A stretch of 64,000 nt of DNA. Origin: Lama guanicoe (lineage: Eukaryota). This document shows positions 50,641 through 64,000 of the stretch, in pieces. Where the stretch lies: NCBI GenBank assembly GCA_013239625.1, contig MU054220.1:6246626-6310625 (forward strand), given 5' to 3'. The position numbers were made by a program, and so were the translations under genes. The notes below the pieces were generated by a model that was not told the DNA's origin, made no database searches, and worked only from the letters and a program-made list of their open reading frames with translations. Numbering within the stretch: the first letter of the stretch is position 1; each line of letters begins with the position of its first letter.

Positions 50641-51859
50641 CCTACATAATGGTATTATGAATGGAAATATATTTATTGGAAAACACCCGTGTGACTATCA
50701 ATGAACACGTGAGGATAAAACCGTATCTTGTCACATAATTTTTTGTGGAACGTAAGTTCCTCAGTCATTTTAGATAATATACAGAGAGCAACTAGTTGAG
50801 TACTTGACTCTTAGTAAATGTTAACCACTATTAAATCAGAAAATTCATACTGAGAAACCAATACCTTGTTATGCTGATGTTGATCAACTAGTTCTCTTTT
50901 GTAATGAAATGTAAGGCCTGCCAGGGTCTAGTAATTTTTTTGTCGAAACCTGAGGCCTGCGCTTCTGAATCTGTATCTGTCAATTCTCTGTAATATACAC
51001 TGATGTTTTCCATAGTAACAGTCGTAGCTCCATAAAAGGGTACTGGAATTACATTCTAATTTCCTTCTAATATGAACGTTCTCTTGCATGTACAGCATAC
51101 CGTATACAGTAACATCAGCTTGGAATTATAGCGTCATCAACAGTCCTGCGATATTATTAGTGCTTTCGGTGATTTTGGCTGTAATGAGGGGCAGCGTCAA
51201 TATCCCGTCTAAGTGAAAATCTGGCAGCATGGATCCCGTGGACTTTTTGTTTCCACCCTCCATTGCACAGGGTGGCTGAGAGGACTCGTTGGCTTCTTAA
51301 ATGCAGGATAACTGGGAACTGCATTCAGATACTGCTTCTTTCCCTAACACCTCAGCCTGAAAACAAAACAAAACAAAACAAAAAGCAGGCAAGAATAGAA
51401 AGAGTATTCTTAGCTGAGCCAGCACGAAATGAATGCTGTATTACCAGCTGCTCGCCGAGACGCAGCTGAGCAGATCTGCAGACTTCAAGCTGCCCCACAT
51501 CCGCCTTTTAAGACTGGTGGGAGAAAACCCCTGTGTACTTTCCAAGCAGGAAGTCTCTCTTACTCAAGCTGACTCTGAAACAAAGATGCTGTCCTTTCCA
51601 GTCTCCCAAGAGTACTGGGACACAGATGGTAGGAATATCCTTAAGCATGTCAGAATAGTAATTCTATTTGCAGCATTTGAGGTGCATGGACAACTTCCCT
51701 GTGCTTTGTATTACCTGGGGCATAGACAACCCTGTGAGGATGATTTTGCAGATACAGAAGTCAGGCTCCAGTAAACAAAGTGACTTGACCAGAGTGTTGA
51801 CCATGCATCATTATATGACTTAAAGTCTCAGATAAGCAAATGGGAGGCAATGAATACGG

Positions 51860-52190
51860 CTTTAAAACTTACTAAAAAAAATTATCTAGGAAGCCTATTA
51901 AACAGATGTCCAGGCCTACTCCCCCTTACCCCACCCCCATGAAGATGGGGGTTCTGCAGTGTCCGGGATGAGGTGTTAGGGGGCTTACAAAGTATCTTAT
52001 GGCAGTGCTTTCTAAATTTTAACATGTCGACAAATAACTCAGGGATCTGGAGAGGGACCTGAGGATGTGCCTTTCTGGGGAGATCTCAGTGATGCTGGCC
52101 AGTCCTGCAGGGCTCGGGATTGTTATTTGAGTAGCTATGCCCTAAGCGATTCTGATGGGGATGGAGGTGCACATGCAGGAAAACTATGTC
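51860..52190. mobile_element. MER5-family hAT MITEs (probably one nested in another)
   Basis: AATTATCTAGGAAGCCTATTAAACAGATGTCCAGGCC, inner CAGTGCTTTCTAAATTTTAAC...TTTGAGTAGC, then GCGATTCTGATG. Confidence 0.65.
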
Positions 52191-54318
52191 AAGGATTTCT
52201 CCACCTGCCAATTACTTAGTAAGTTCAGTACTTGAACTGCCACTTAGACCTGGCATGCTTTTTTAGGCTGAGATGGATATTAGAAATGTAGAATTATAGG
52301 TAATTAGAAGCAATGCGCAGAAAAGAAAATAACAAGTATGGAAGCCCAATTTAGAACTCGTGTTAGTTTTCTTGTCTCAGGATCACCGGTTTTGGTCTAA
52401 ATTATCATGAAGATTACATAGAAATCAAGAGTGGCAGACATGACTAAAATTATTGTGGGAAAGAGAAATGAAATGCTATATGCAATGGAAATGATACCGT
52501 TTTTTCTTAAAATAAAAAAAAAACGCATAGTGTTGATGAACAGATAATACAAGGGGATAGGCTTCACAACAGAGAGTTTCATAAACTTTCATGTTTCCTG
52601 AAAGTTTATATTATTTTCCCCTTCTGAGATGTGGGGCTCTTATTTGGGGGCATCGGGATGTTTTCTCGGGGTGTTGAGAGGACATAATGTGACCTTCTAT
52701 AGAATCCCTCCTTGCCCTTACCCACTGCCCATCCTTTCTGTGCATCTTTTATCTTAGAAAGTAATTGAGACAGATACATGATATCTCACTGTTGCTGCTG
52801 ATTTGCAATCTCCAGGAATTTCAGGTCGAGGTGGGCAATTTCCCACGGGCTAGAATGTGTTGGGCAATATTTGTAAAGATAGTCTGACTTTATCATAATA
52901 TTTCCTTCTCTTTGCCATTGGAAAAAAATGGTGCCAGGCCTGATTTTGATGTCATTACAGTGGGTTTAGATTCTGATGAAGCAAAAGTGTTGAATTTTAT
53001 AACTCCTCTGGAGCGTGGGTCGGGAGGATAGTATTACAGGGAAGCTTCATGTTTGTGTGTGTGTGTGTGTGTGTGCATTTTATTGTTTCATTTATTTTCA
53101 TCCTATCTCTTTACTTTTTATTTACTTTTCCTCTACTTCTCCCACTTTCAGACTTGCAGAATAGCCTCTCAATCACTCTTTTTTTTTTTAATATTGATAC
53201 CTACAACATTATTTCAGTAATTAAAATCAGGTCATTTCTGATGTTATTGTGGCCTAATGACAACAGTGTCCCTTCTCCTACTCAGGAAAACATTGGTTTA
53301 ATCCTTCTCTCTTATACTTGTCAACTTCTATTCTTGCTCTCTCCTAGACTTTGACCAACTGATTCACACTAAAGTGTAAATGACTGACACAGGCCATTTG
53401 TATTTTGATGTAGAAATGAAACCTTATGCTCAAGTTTTCACTGCCTAATATGGCATTTCTGATATGGTAAAGTTGGTGAAGTAGTTTGTCCCCTTTTGAG
53501 TAAAGCAGGAATCCTGAAATTATACCATAGATAAGATAGTGATTTACTTAATTCACCTTGGTTTTTGTTTTAATTTTGGAACTGTTATTTATTCTCTCCT
53601 TTCTTTTCGTCTAAAAGTTTTCTAAGCTCCAAAAATAGCAAGTTATAACCATTTATACATAATGCACCATTTCAGCCTAACTTCTCCCACTAGTTACCAC
53701 CCTTTCTGGCAGACAGTCTCGTGGTCCCTGTCGGGGAAATGAGCCCCTTTCTGCATTGTTCTAGGTTTCATACTCCTGGATCCAACCACTAGATGTCTCT
53801 GTAATTACATGTGGGGCCAAATCAGAGAGGACGGCTCACCATAGAGGAAAAGATTGGCCTTAAAGACTTATCCCCAAATTCTAAATACTTACTTTCATTA
53901 GAGTGGAATGATCTTAAATACATATAAGGTAGCACCACTAAACAATGAGTTATTTCGTTATCTGCATGTGTTTTTGTGACTTATTATGAACAGAATTAGG
54001 TCCATCAATCCTCAAGAGAAACTGTACATGGGTGGTAAAATCTTGTGTTTCAACTAGGCATGTGTGTGTGAGTATTCATGTGCCCCTCCGCACATACTCT
54101 CAGAAATCTTGCTTTTTTTTTTTTTTGCAGGTGGGTAGAGAGACAAGGTAACCAGTCTCAGAGCTTTATAGTAACATACTTGTATAAGAACATTTGGATT
54201 ACCAGTTCAGTTTTCAAAATGAAACAGGTGATGATAGAGGGTCAAGTTGTCCTGAGAGATCTAATACAAAGACACAGCAAATTCACCTTTGTTGGTGGAC
54301 CAGTCAGGCTCAGAAAGA

Positions 54319-54465
54319 ACTTCCTCCCTTCCTTCCTCCCTCCCTCCCTTCTTCCGTTCGTTCGTTTGTTCTTTGGTTCGTTCCTTCCTTCCTTTCTCCC
54401 TCCCTCCCCCTTTTTCTTCCCTTCCCTTTATCTCTCCTTCCTTCTTTCTCTCTTTGTTTTCCTTT
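54319..54465. repeat. (CCTT)n-type pyrimidine-rich simple repeat
   Basis: Seen directly in the sequence. Confidence 0.9.
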
Positions 54466-55509
54466 CAAAATTAACTATCCCAGGAAACGTCCAAGTTTAT
54501 GAGGATATTGACACTTTTCCCATTGTGCGTTATGTTGGAAATTGTAAGGAATGCAAAATTTTATCTCAGTTACTGTTTTTTTTAACCTTAGTGCTTAAAT
54601 AGTGCCTTACATAGTAGAGTCCCAGTAAATGCTGCTGAATAGTAAATGGATGAGGAAGATAATCTATGTGGTAGAAATAAGCAAATTCAGGTTAGTTACA
54701 CAAATAATCTGAGTAAGTAATGAAATATATAATATATAATAAGCATACATAAGGAAATACTTTTAATCTTTGAAAAATAATTTGTTTTTGATTTTATCAA
54801 GTGATTCAAATTTGTCTGACAATCTGTGCTATGATTAGTAGAAAGACAGGCAACAATAACTTGTTAAAGTTAAAATATTATGTATAAATCTCCCTGTGGG
54901 AGTGTATTGCTCATGTGAATTCTGTACATCACTCCTGTAGTGGTGGAGAGAAAAATTAAGTTGAGTACAACCAGTACGGGGAGTGTCCTTAATGACCTGC
55001 TTTCATGAGTAAATAACTTACATACAAGTACAGGAGTACTCAAAGTGTTTGAAAACAGTGTCTTTTCAAATTAAAGTAATGCATCTCCATTATAATTATA
55101 TCCTTTGTAGTTACTTATAAGCAGGTTCTTTTCTCCAAAAGAACATTAAAAAACTTGAACCCTTTCCCTATGCACCATAAATGATTGCAGATTCCACCTG
55201 AAAGGAGGACATCAAACATCTGTTTATCCACAGAGACTTTGTATTGGCGATTCCCTGAGGATTTGCTCAGTAGTTCAGTATGTCACCATGACCTCCTTTG
55301 AATTCCTGAAATATAGCCATTTCCTGAGGGCACGTATGGTGGTTGTCTAGGAAGTGGCACACTGCAGTCTGAGTTCATTCTCTAGCTGTCTGAAAGTGAC
55401 CAACATTTCTAAAGAAAGTCCATTGTCTTACTTACCTTCCTTCTTAGCTGGAAGGAAGACACAAAAGAGAACTGTCATAATTTTTAATTCTGGAGAGTAC
55501 AAAAATGGC

Positions 55510-55740
55510 TGTGATAGCTAACAATGACCAATCGTTACTATGAGTTGTAAATTATAAGGCAGTGTATTTTTTGAGTTTTGCAATCATTATTGCTTTAATC
55601 TGCAAAACCAGCCCTAATACTGCTAGTGGACACTGAGGCACACAGAGGTTGAGGAACTTGTTAGTAAGCGGAGGACTTGGACTTCAACTCCGACAGCTTT
55701 GTCCTAGAGGCTGTGGTCTATGGCTACGCGACCACTGCTC
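55510..55740 (-). mobile_element. MIR
   Basis: ACTGAGGCACACAGAGGTTGAGGAACTTG. Confidence 0.75.
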
Positions 55741-56879
55741 CCTTCTGCACAGCCTAAAAGCGGTGTTGTGTGTTGCCAGGGTGGTTACATTAGCTGGTGT
55801 GACTGACCCTCTCCAACTCCTTTTGCACAAACATCATCATCTGCCCAACGTAGCTAGAATGCCATTATCTTCCTTTGAGGCCATTCCTCTTCTCCCATCT
55901 CACCTCACTAAGGCCTTATTCACTTTCAGGGTCAGTTGGACTGCAAACACCAGGCAGCTAGGGAATAAGAGTCTTTTCAATACGCCACTGCAGTTGCTTT
56001 GCCGTTCTGCACAGGTGTCTTTCATAGCTGGTCCTGCTTATTCGATGCTCTGGCTGTGTTCTTGTTCTTTCCCTCGGGACCAAATGTGATGCCCAGAGAA
56101 CCAGGACTTGTGGTTGACATTCACTTACTCACCATTGATCCCATAAAGTAAGAGCAAACCCACAGTGGTTTCTCAACTCAGTTGCAAGTTGTGACAGTGC
56201 TAATCTTCTTTACCAAACTTACTGCCTTCCCCAATTTCCCATTCCATAATGGCACGTGACCCATTGGTGCATTTCTTCTCTTGCTTTTGAATTTTGCTCA
56301 CAATTACTTGATCCTATCAAAAGTGTTCATGGCTTCAACCATCAAAGGATATGTCAGACTTCAGTTTCATTCCTCCAAGGAGACTCACTATGCTCTTTAT
56401 AGATGGTTCACCTTCTCCCCAGAGGCCTTGATGCCAAGGATAGACGAGGCCTTTTGCTAAGTCATGTGCATCTCTACTTTGTGGCCTTTTGGGAACTGCT
56501 CAGTTACATCTGCCTCCTCAACCAGACTTCAAGCTAGGATACTCAATGTACATCAATATCTGGTATAAAATAGGTAACTAAGTATTTGTGGAACGAAAGA
56601 AAAAAGGAAGAGATGAAGGCAAAAAAAATAAGAGAGAGAGAGAAATAACTCACACTGGCATTGCTCTTAGGGTGCTGGTTATAGTCTTTTCCAGAGAAGA
56701 ATGTAACCAGCAAGGTTGACAGCTCTCCTAACCTTTGCATACCTATGAGGAGGTGCTTCCATGAGAAGGTAATTCAAAGTAATTCTTGTTCTGATAATAA
56801 TAATGGTAACAACAATGACCATGACTTCACTAGGCATTTCATTATTGTTAGGCAGAAAGCTGGAACTCCACGAGGGTGT

Positions 56880-57675
56880 TAGTCAACATCTGAAACTTAC
56901 ATGACCAAAAATAGTATCTCTTTTTTTCTTTTTTGCCCATCTGCTTGTTCTTCCCCAGTCCACTCAGATGCAGTAAATAGCACCATCATCTACTTAGTTG
57001 TTCGAACAAGAATGAGAGTTAACCTTAATCTCTTTTTCTCACCTCCCACTATCCAAACCATTAGCTAGTTCTCAGAGTTGACCTCAGAAACACAAAGTGG
57101 AAAGAAACATGCTTAAAAATGTTCAGATGGCTTCTACCAGACTTGGGGTTAAAACCAAACTCTTGACAACTGCCTACGAAGCCCGCAGTCATCAGGCCAT
57201 CGGCTTTCCTTCCACTCTCCGTCCTCACTGCTTCCTTTCCTTTTCACTTGCTCCCGCCTCACTGGGCTTCCCGCTGCTCCTAAAGCACATCAGTGGTCAG
57301 TGTCGTCATTGCCTTGGTCCTTCTTGTCACTCAGCTCTCGCTTGAAGGTCTCCCCTTCGGGGAACCCTAATTCACCTTTCTAACCAACACGAGCAAAACA
57401 GTAACACTCCATTGCATAGTTCTCATTCTCTGTAAAGCAGCTGTCACTCTTGGATGCTTTTGGTCGTTGTCTATTTATTGACTTGTTAATTTTCAGTCTA
57501 TTGGTGATAGAATCTAATCTCCATCAAAGAAGGAATCCCATATCTTTTACTCATTGCTGAGTCCCTGTATTCTAAAAGAGTGCCAGGCAAAAGGTAGATA
57601 TTAAAAAGACAAACCAACAGCAACAACAAAAGAAGTGACAGAAAATCTCTACTGATTGAACAAATGAATGAACTT
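56880..57675 (+). mobile_element. L2 LINE
   Basis: CATCTGAAACTTACATGACCAAAA, GTAAATAGCACCATCATCTACTTAGTTG, tail TGAACAAATGAATGAA. Confidence 0.8.
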
Positions 57676-57744
57676 CAGGGACTCTAAGACACCTCCAAAA
57701 CTGAAAACAGAAGTCCTGGTTTCAAAAGGAGATCATAGAGATGC

Positions 57745-58215
57745 AATAGGTAATCTCCAAAGATGGCCACCATCGATCTCTTCCCTTCCTGTAGGCCTAT
57801 AACACTTTTCAGTCCGAAGGTAAAATGTATTCCCTTTTCTTTCAATTCAGGCTGACCCTATATTTTTGCCTTTGACCAAACAAATGCAGTAGAATTGATG
57901 TTCTGGGACTTTCAAGCTCAGTCTTAAGACTGGGAGCTTCTAATTGTCTCCTAGGCTAGATTATCACATGGCCAGACACCACATGGAGAGAGGCCCAAGA
58001 GGATGATGGGCCATCGTGGATTTTCCAGCCCCAGCACTGCTCCCATCTGACTCTAGTAGTATGGGTCGCTCCAGCCAGCATAATGTGAAGCAAAGAACTT
58101 TCTGGATGAGCTCTGCCAGAAATCCTGACCCACAGGACCTTGGGAAATCATTGTTGTTTTAAACCACTACATTTCTGTGTGGTTTGCTATGTAACAATAG
58201 ATAGATAACTGAACC
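57745..58215. mobile_element. MaLR LTR (MLT1F/G-like)
   Basis: CTCCAAAGATGGCC...TTGTTGTTTTAAACCACTACATTTCTGTGTGGTTTGCTATGTAACAATAGATA. Confidence 0.8.
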
Positions 58216-60269
58216 TTTGAGCCAATATGAAAACAAAGCAGGAAGAGGTTAGGAGCACAGGCAGCAAGCAGGGATATAACTCTTGCCTAGTCACAGTGTC
58301 TTTGCAAACACAGTGCGGACTGCACAGACCGCCAAAGCAAACATGAACCTGGGCTGTCCATCGCTGTCAGTTTGCTGCCAGGGTCCTAAAAAATAAGACT
58401 GTGTTGGGGACCATTTGCATAGTGATGTTCTGGCACAGAACTGAGCTGGTGGGATGAGTTCCAGGTGTGGACAGTGTTAACTCCAGAAAACAGCCAGCAG
58501 GTATTAGGTTCAGTTCTCAGTTTGAATTCAGGATGCCAAGGCAGGATGCAGCCTGAGAAGTCACCAGGGTCACGAGGCATCAAAAGCTACAGTTTATGTT
58601 AGGCACCAGAGAACAAAATGTGAAAAAAGAAGTCAACAGAGTTAAGAGACGGGGATCTGGGAAGAAGCCACTAGAGTGTTCTGACTGCGTTCTGTGATAG
58701 TACTGTCTTCATTGACTGATTCCTATAAAACGATCCTGAAGGAACCATCTGGAGTTTGGCCCTTGCCATGTAAGGTACACATTTCCCCCAAAGTGACCCC
58801 AGTTTCCCAAATTATGGAGCCAGAAATATATATATATTTATATAGTTTCAAACGATCTTTAGTTTTAGAATAATATTTTCAATTCAGAAGCTTTTTAAAA
58901 AAATGTGATCACCTTTTTTGAAGGCTTGGAAAGCTGGAGAATGAAAGGAAATCGGGTTCTACCTAAAAGACAGTCTCTTCCTTACCCACCTTCTCATTCA
59001 GGGAACAGCGGCTTCAAATCCAGTTACTATTCTTTCTAGATTGATCTTCTTGTCAGCAGCACGTCACCCCTCCTGAAAGCTCCGCTCCCCCACTTATTAA
59101 ATTGGAGTCAAAATCCCTTCATCAGAATGCTAGAACGTAAATTAAATAATTAGTGATTTGTTAAACACTTTGAAAGTGAAAACGCTAAGTATTGTTATTA
59201 TTTCAAGGGTAATTTACTTCTTCTGATTCATTTGTAATTATTTCATCAAAACATTGTTCAGTAAGAGCTGTTTGATGTGTAAAATGCCTTATGGGCTTTC
59301 CCTATAAGACTTTTGTTATCAAAATTAGATGGAGACCTTGCCAACTGGAACTCATTTTCTCCCAAAAGGTTTGCAATAGTGTAAGTCTCAAATCACCCCC
59401 TTATGGGCCAGAGCCTGTTGGAAAATGAACAAATCCCAGAGCAGTGATTCATCTCTGAATCTGTCTATAAAGGTTCCTTACCAGAAAATCGAATGTGGAC
59501 CAGAGCCTGGACCAGAGCCAGGCCCACGTAGCAACTGGGAACCTGATCAGATTTGGTTTTGGCCCTTTTCCCTGACCTTTGCACTGTTCTGAGAACTCCT
59601 GCTTCCTCAGTTTCAGATGCTGACTCAATCTTTCTGAAATTTACATATAGCTATATGTCACATTAGACAGTTGATCTTACACAACGAGCCCTTTAATGAA
59701 ATTAATCATGATGACCTCTGAATGGTATATTTTTCAGAGTTTTTAAAGTACTCCTTAGAGCAGAGGGCTGGAATAGTTAATCCCGGATAATCATGAGTCA
59801 TAACGTGAAACTGCTAACGATAAGTGAGAACTATCCTTGAAGTCTATCCTTCTATTTAAAAAAAATCATGGAAAAGTTGATTTTTCTCTACACTATATTC
59901 TTATTTACTTCAGTATAAAATTAATGCTTACAACTATTTAATGTTTAGATTACATAATTTCTTCCCATTTCCACCCTCAGTTCCTGGTTTTAGAATATCC
60001 ATCGTATTTGGCTCATGTTTTATAACTCTTCAAACGTCTTTCAGACATACCAATACCCCAGTAAACTCAGATTTGTATCTTCTCTCAACCCCCCTGTTTG
60101 GTTTTGCTTCTAGATACCCCACCTTGGTACATGATCATTGCTTCAAACAAGCCACAAACTAACTGGAGTTGGCCTGAACTCTGCCCTTAACCCTCATGCC
60201 AATATCCAATGATTTTTACCTTATTTTAAATCAATTCCCTTAAAAAAACACTTACTGTTCTGTATTACT

Positions 60270-60860
60270 TAAGGTACTTACAGTCGTAAGAAAAGAAAAC
60301 TCAACCCAAATTGCACTAAGTATAACTGGAATCTTAGGGGCTCAAATAAATGAAAAATCTGGAAGTGATAAGGGTATCAGTTGAGGTATGTTAGGGTAGC
60401 TTACTAATATTGTCAATGCCTAGCTTAGGTACTTTCTCTGTACTTTCTCCTTGCATGATGTTCTTTTATTTTCAGTTGGTCTCCTCCCTTGTTATAAGTT
60501 GGCCTGCTTCAGCATGTAGGGCTATGTGGTTCCATATTTTCATCCTGCAGGAAGGGCATCATTCCTCATAGCTCTCTGAAAAAAAATGATGGAAGTTTTC
60601 TTTCCTCCATCCAAAAAAGATATCCCAGCAAACAACTTCTTCTATGGCCCAACGTGTATCGCATGACTATTTCCAAACTAGTCACTGATTTCCTGATTGG
60701 CTTCAGTTAGTTACATCCTACCTGGAACTGACATGGGCATCAATCCTGTATGACTGGCTATAAATGGAGATGGCAACCTCATTGTCGCCCACCACTTTTT
60801 AAAAAATACGGTTATCACAAAGGATGGGGAGTGGCAGTTGGGTGGCAAAGTCTATGCTGA
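60270..60860. mobile_element. Old MaLR LTR (MLT1K-like)
   Basis: AGAAAACTCAACCCAAATTGCACTAAG...TGAAAAATCTGGAAGTG. Confidence 0.55.
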
Positions 60861-61889
60861 CCTATGGTTGCTGATTTAGTTTGGGCATTTGTTATCTGCA
60901 TGGAATACTTGAGAGTTTTGGAAGTTACTTTGCTGTCCAGTATCCATTTCCCTTTTTCTCACCTGAACTTGCTGCCTCTGATTCATTCTGCAACCACCTA
61001 TTCTCCGTGCTGTCCCCAGAATAGACTTTCCGAGACACCGTTACTTTTACATGGCTTCTGTGGTTAAAACCATTAGGTGACGCCCCGTCATTCATAAAGA
61101 GAGACTTTAAAGACGACTGTACGGATTCAACCCGAAACCTCTGCTGTCGTCCACTCTAATATTTTTGATATGGCTTTGTTTGAAGGAAAAGGGGTAAAGA
61201 TAAAGAAAGGTTTAAAAACCAGTGAGCCGCAGAGTACAGTTCAAGTGCTTCAGCTTGAGCTTCCGTGATCTGGACCTCTACTCCTTTCTAACTTGGCTCC
61301 CCTCTCCACCCCTCCCATTTTTTATACACCAGTACTAGCTAATTACCTGGGGGGTCTCCAAATAATCTGTTACCTCCACCTAGCTTTCCTTTCCTCCAGC
61401 AGCCCTTACTACTCTGCCTAAAATCTATGTGTTGTTTCTTTAAAATCCGTCTTGGCCATTGCTACCCGAAGCCCAGTGTTGGTTACTACTGTTCATTATC
61501 ATCACACTGATTTGTGAACTATTAATAGACAGGGATTGTTATTATTATTATATTTACACCCACAACATTTAGTATGTCTTCTGGCATTTAAAACCTGTTA
61601 AGTAGAAATAAAAAGAAATGAAGGTAATTGCAGTGATGCAACCAGGCCCACAGCACAGCGTAGCAAACAGGCTTTGTAATCACTCACCCATGCGTGGGCT
61701 TTCGTTCCAGCAATGCTAGCTGCTCAGTGGATCACTGCTGACACATCATTTATTTTTTTTGAGACTCAGTTGTCGTTTTTCCGTTTGTTTTAGGGTTTGT
61801 TATTCATTTGTCAAAGGGGGAAAATATCTCCTTGAGAAAGTTGGTATGAGCATAAATTAGAACAGTGGCATGGGTTTGTTTTATGTCGT

Positions 61890-62440
61890 GTGGAATTACT
61901 GGTTAAGGTGATTGAGCTGTGATTAATAGAAAACAGGAAAATTCCTTCCAAACAAGAAATTATTATATCATGATGGGTTGGGCAGGGGTAGAGTAGTTCT
62001 TGGTTTGATAATTCAGTGGATCGATGGCATCATCCAGGATGCACGTCTTTCTTTTTGCCCTGCCATTTCCAGTGTTTTTTTGACTTTGACCTAAAGTGCG
62101 GGCGTTCACAGCTACAAGCTGGCTGCAGTAAACCCCAGCATCACCGCCCCACATGGCTGTTTACTCACGTGCATCTCTTTTTGAAAATGAGGAAACGTCT
62201 TACAAGATGTGTTCCTGGCAGATCTCCCCACACTTCTCATGATGATAACCGTGCCACAAGGCCATTCCTAAGCCAGTTACTGGCGGAAATGTGGGTTACC
62301 ATAGCTGGCTCGGGTCAGCCAGGATTTGCCTGTGGAGCTCAGAAGAGCCTCCGCTGGAGACAGTGGCCACCAGTTACCTGGACAAAATCAGAATCTGCTT
62401 AGTGTGGGAGAAGCAGGGTAATGGCAGTAGGACAGACAGC
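61890..62440. mobile_element. Old MaLR LTR (MLT1I/J-like)
   Basis: TAATTCAGTGGATCGATGGCATCATCCAGGA...TTCCTAAGCCAGTTACTGGC. Confidence 0.55.
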
Positions 62441-63377
62441 TCCTCATGACCTCTTCCTTCAGCTTTGTGGTCATTTCTCTGATCGCTCACTAGGGAAGAG
62501 ACGAATCCACCTTCTCATATAGGCAGTTTTCTCCTTTTCCCTGACTCTTTCTCTCTGTTGATTTCATGATCTTCCCTTAAGTTTCCCTGTGAGGTCATAT
62601 AATTTAGGATATTTATTTCTTGAGTAACATGATGTAAAGAGGGACGAGAATCTCCTGCATAGCAGGCCAGTCATGCCTCACTCTGCTTCTGCCTTACACC
62701 CTTGAACTCCTCCCCGCTTAATTAAATCTGCAGGAGGACAGCATCACTGCAAGTCAGTTCAGCTTCCCGGATCGACCATGGTGCTGATTTCACATTCATA
62801 ATTAATTCTCCTCAGTGTTAAGAGTGGAGACTTGGCTGATTAAGGATTCTCGGTGGATTATTGCAGATGTTTGAATTGCTGAAACAACGGGCAGCTATGC
62901 AGTGTCTTTTTGATCTACATAAACGTGGGATGTGGAAGAAGAAAAGAGGCATTTTTCTTTCCCCTCCAGAAATCTCACTTGACATTTTGCAAGGGACATT
63001 TATTAGAATGTCAGTTTGATAAAACTGTTTGCAGGAGTCACCCAGCATTTGCTACTGAGCTATAACAATTGTTAAGAGCTGTAATTACTCTGGGCAGGTT
63101 TAAAGAAAAAAAATGTTATCAGAAGATTGGGGCAAAATACCTTCGAGCAAGTAGCTATGCTTCTTCCAGTTTCCTGTTGAATTACAGTCTCTGATACACT
63201 CGTGCTGAACCTGAACTCTGGGTTAGAAGCAATATTACCAGCGGTTGTCATGGCAGATGGGAACGTAGTAGTGTGTATCAGAGAGATGATTGGTACTGGG
63301 CTGCAGAGGTGTCTTGAGATATAGAAGATATAAAGCCTAGGGTTGGGATTTTATATGTAGATAACATTACATTAAGT

Positions 63378-63420
63378 GATGATGATGATGATGATGATGA
63401 TGATAACGATGACTAATGAT
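63378..63420. repeat. (GAT)n trinucleotide repeat at a MIR end
   Basis: Seen directly in the sequence. Confidence 0.95.
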
Positions 63421-63960
63421 AGCAAACACTTGTACTGAACTCCCTATGAACCACTCCCTGCTCTAAGAGCGTTCCGTACAGGGGCTCATTACATCGTTCT
63501 AATCTTATGGACCAGGGAGTGTTATTACCTCTAGTCTGCTGGTGAGGAGACCGGCATAGAGAGACAAAGGAGCTTGCACAAAGCCACACTGAAATTTGAA
63601 CCCTAAGAGATTCCAGGACTCCATTCATAGCTATGACACTGTGTCATCTCCTGATACAGCCCAGACATTCGTGCACTCCCTAGTATGACTGGGAGGACGC
63701 CTGTACTTCAGTTTCCTCATCTGCTGAGTACTTGTAGCAAAAAGGCTGACGTTCATTGGGCGCTTACGATGTGCTGGGCATTATTAAGGGTTTGTTATGT
63801 CTTAGGGACCTTACTGGGCATAATTATTAAGTCTTTAGAGTGTCACTTAATTTCGGAAACTGAGGAAGAGAAATTTAAATTACTGACTTGTCATTAATAA
63901 GGCCAAGATTAAAACCAATAAATCAGACTATGGAGCCTGGATTTGAATGCTGCCTATCTC
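63420..63960 (-). mobile_element. Two adjacent MIR copies (~63420-63630 and ~63745-63960)
   Basis: TGAGGAGACCGGCATAGAGAG...ATTTGAACCC, and GCTTACGATGTGCTGGGCA...GGAAACTGAGG...GGATTTGAA. Confidence 0.7.
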
Positions 63961-64000
63961 GCTGGATAATGATAAAATAACGTAATATATATTTTATACA

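Larger units (their letters stand above)
30741..64000 (+). other. Probable long first intron (runs beyond the window)
   Basis: No recognisable coding exon follows. The sequence is interspersed repeats plus unique DNA. Confidence 0.55.

Noticed and set aside
52581..52609. 11-bp perfect inverted repeat ATAAACTTTCA/TGAAAGTTTAT
   Set aside because: Short and AT-rich, so plausible by chance. Bacterial-type terminators are irrelevant here.
54078..54602. 174-aa ORF
   Set aside because: It stays open because of the stop-poor CCTT simple repeat, and the peptide is low complexity.
62765..62790. REST/RE1-like TCAGCACCATGG on the minus strand
   Set aside because: Only the left half-site matches. The GGACAG half is degenerate (GGTCGA).
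1..64000. CRISPR arrays, tRNA/rRNA genes, operons, prokaryotic defence systems
   Set aside because: None seen. The sequence is mammalian, and its tandem repeats are microsatellites without spacer structure.

Overview
This is non-coding mammalian genomic DNA, not prokaryotic. The young L1 3' ends look cetartiodactyl, most likely camelid. That is an inference from L1 3'UTR motifs and from not seeing Alu, B1, Bov-tA, PRE1 or SINEC elements. Positions 1-29 kb are repeat-rich intergenic sequence (L1, L2, MIR, MaLR/ERV LTRs, Tigger/MER2 and hAT MITEs). Around 30.0-30.74 kb there is a CpG-rich promoter and an apparently non-coding first exon on the + strand, ending at a perfect AAG|GTAAGT donor. The remaining ~33 kb looks like a long first intron of a gene I cannot name. 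No host protein-coding exon is supportable: the ORF track is essentially spurious apart from L1 ORF2 remnants. I found no clear new biological system. The best leads are a candidate recursive splice site/17-nt micro-exon at ~54.13 kb, an extended CTCF site (core plus upstream motif) at 28.87 kb, uORFs in exon 1, a ~55-bp TSD-flanked L1 insertion, and well-resolved nested or tandem transposon insertions. Repeat family names come from recognising consensus motifs by eye, and most boundaries are approximate.
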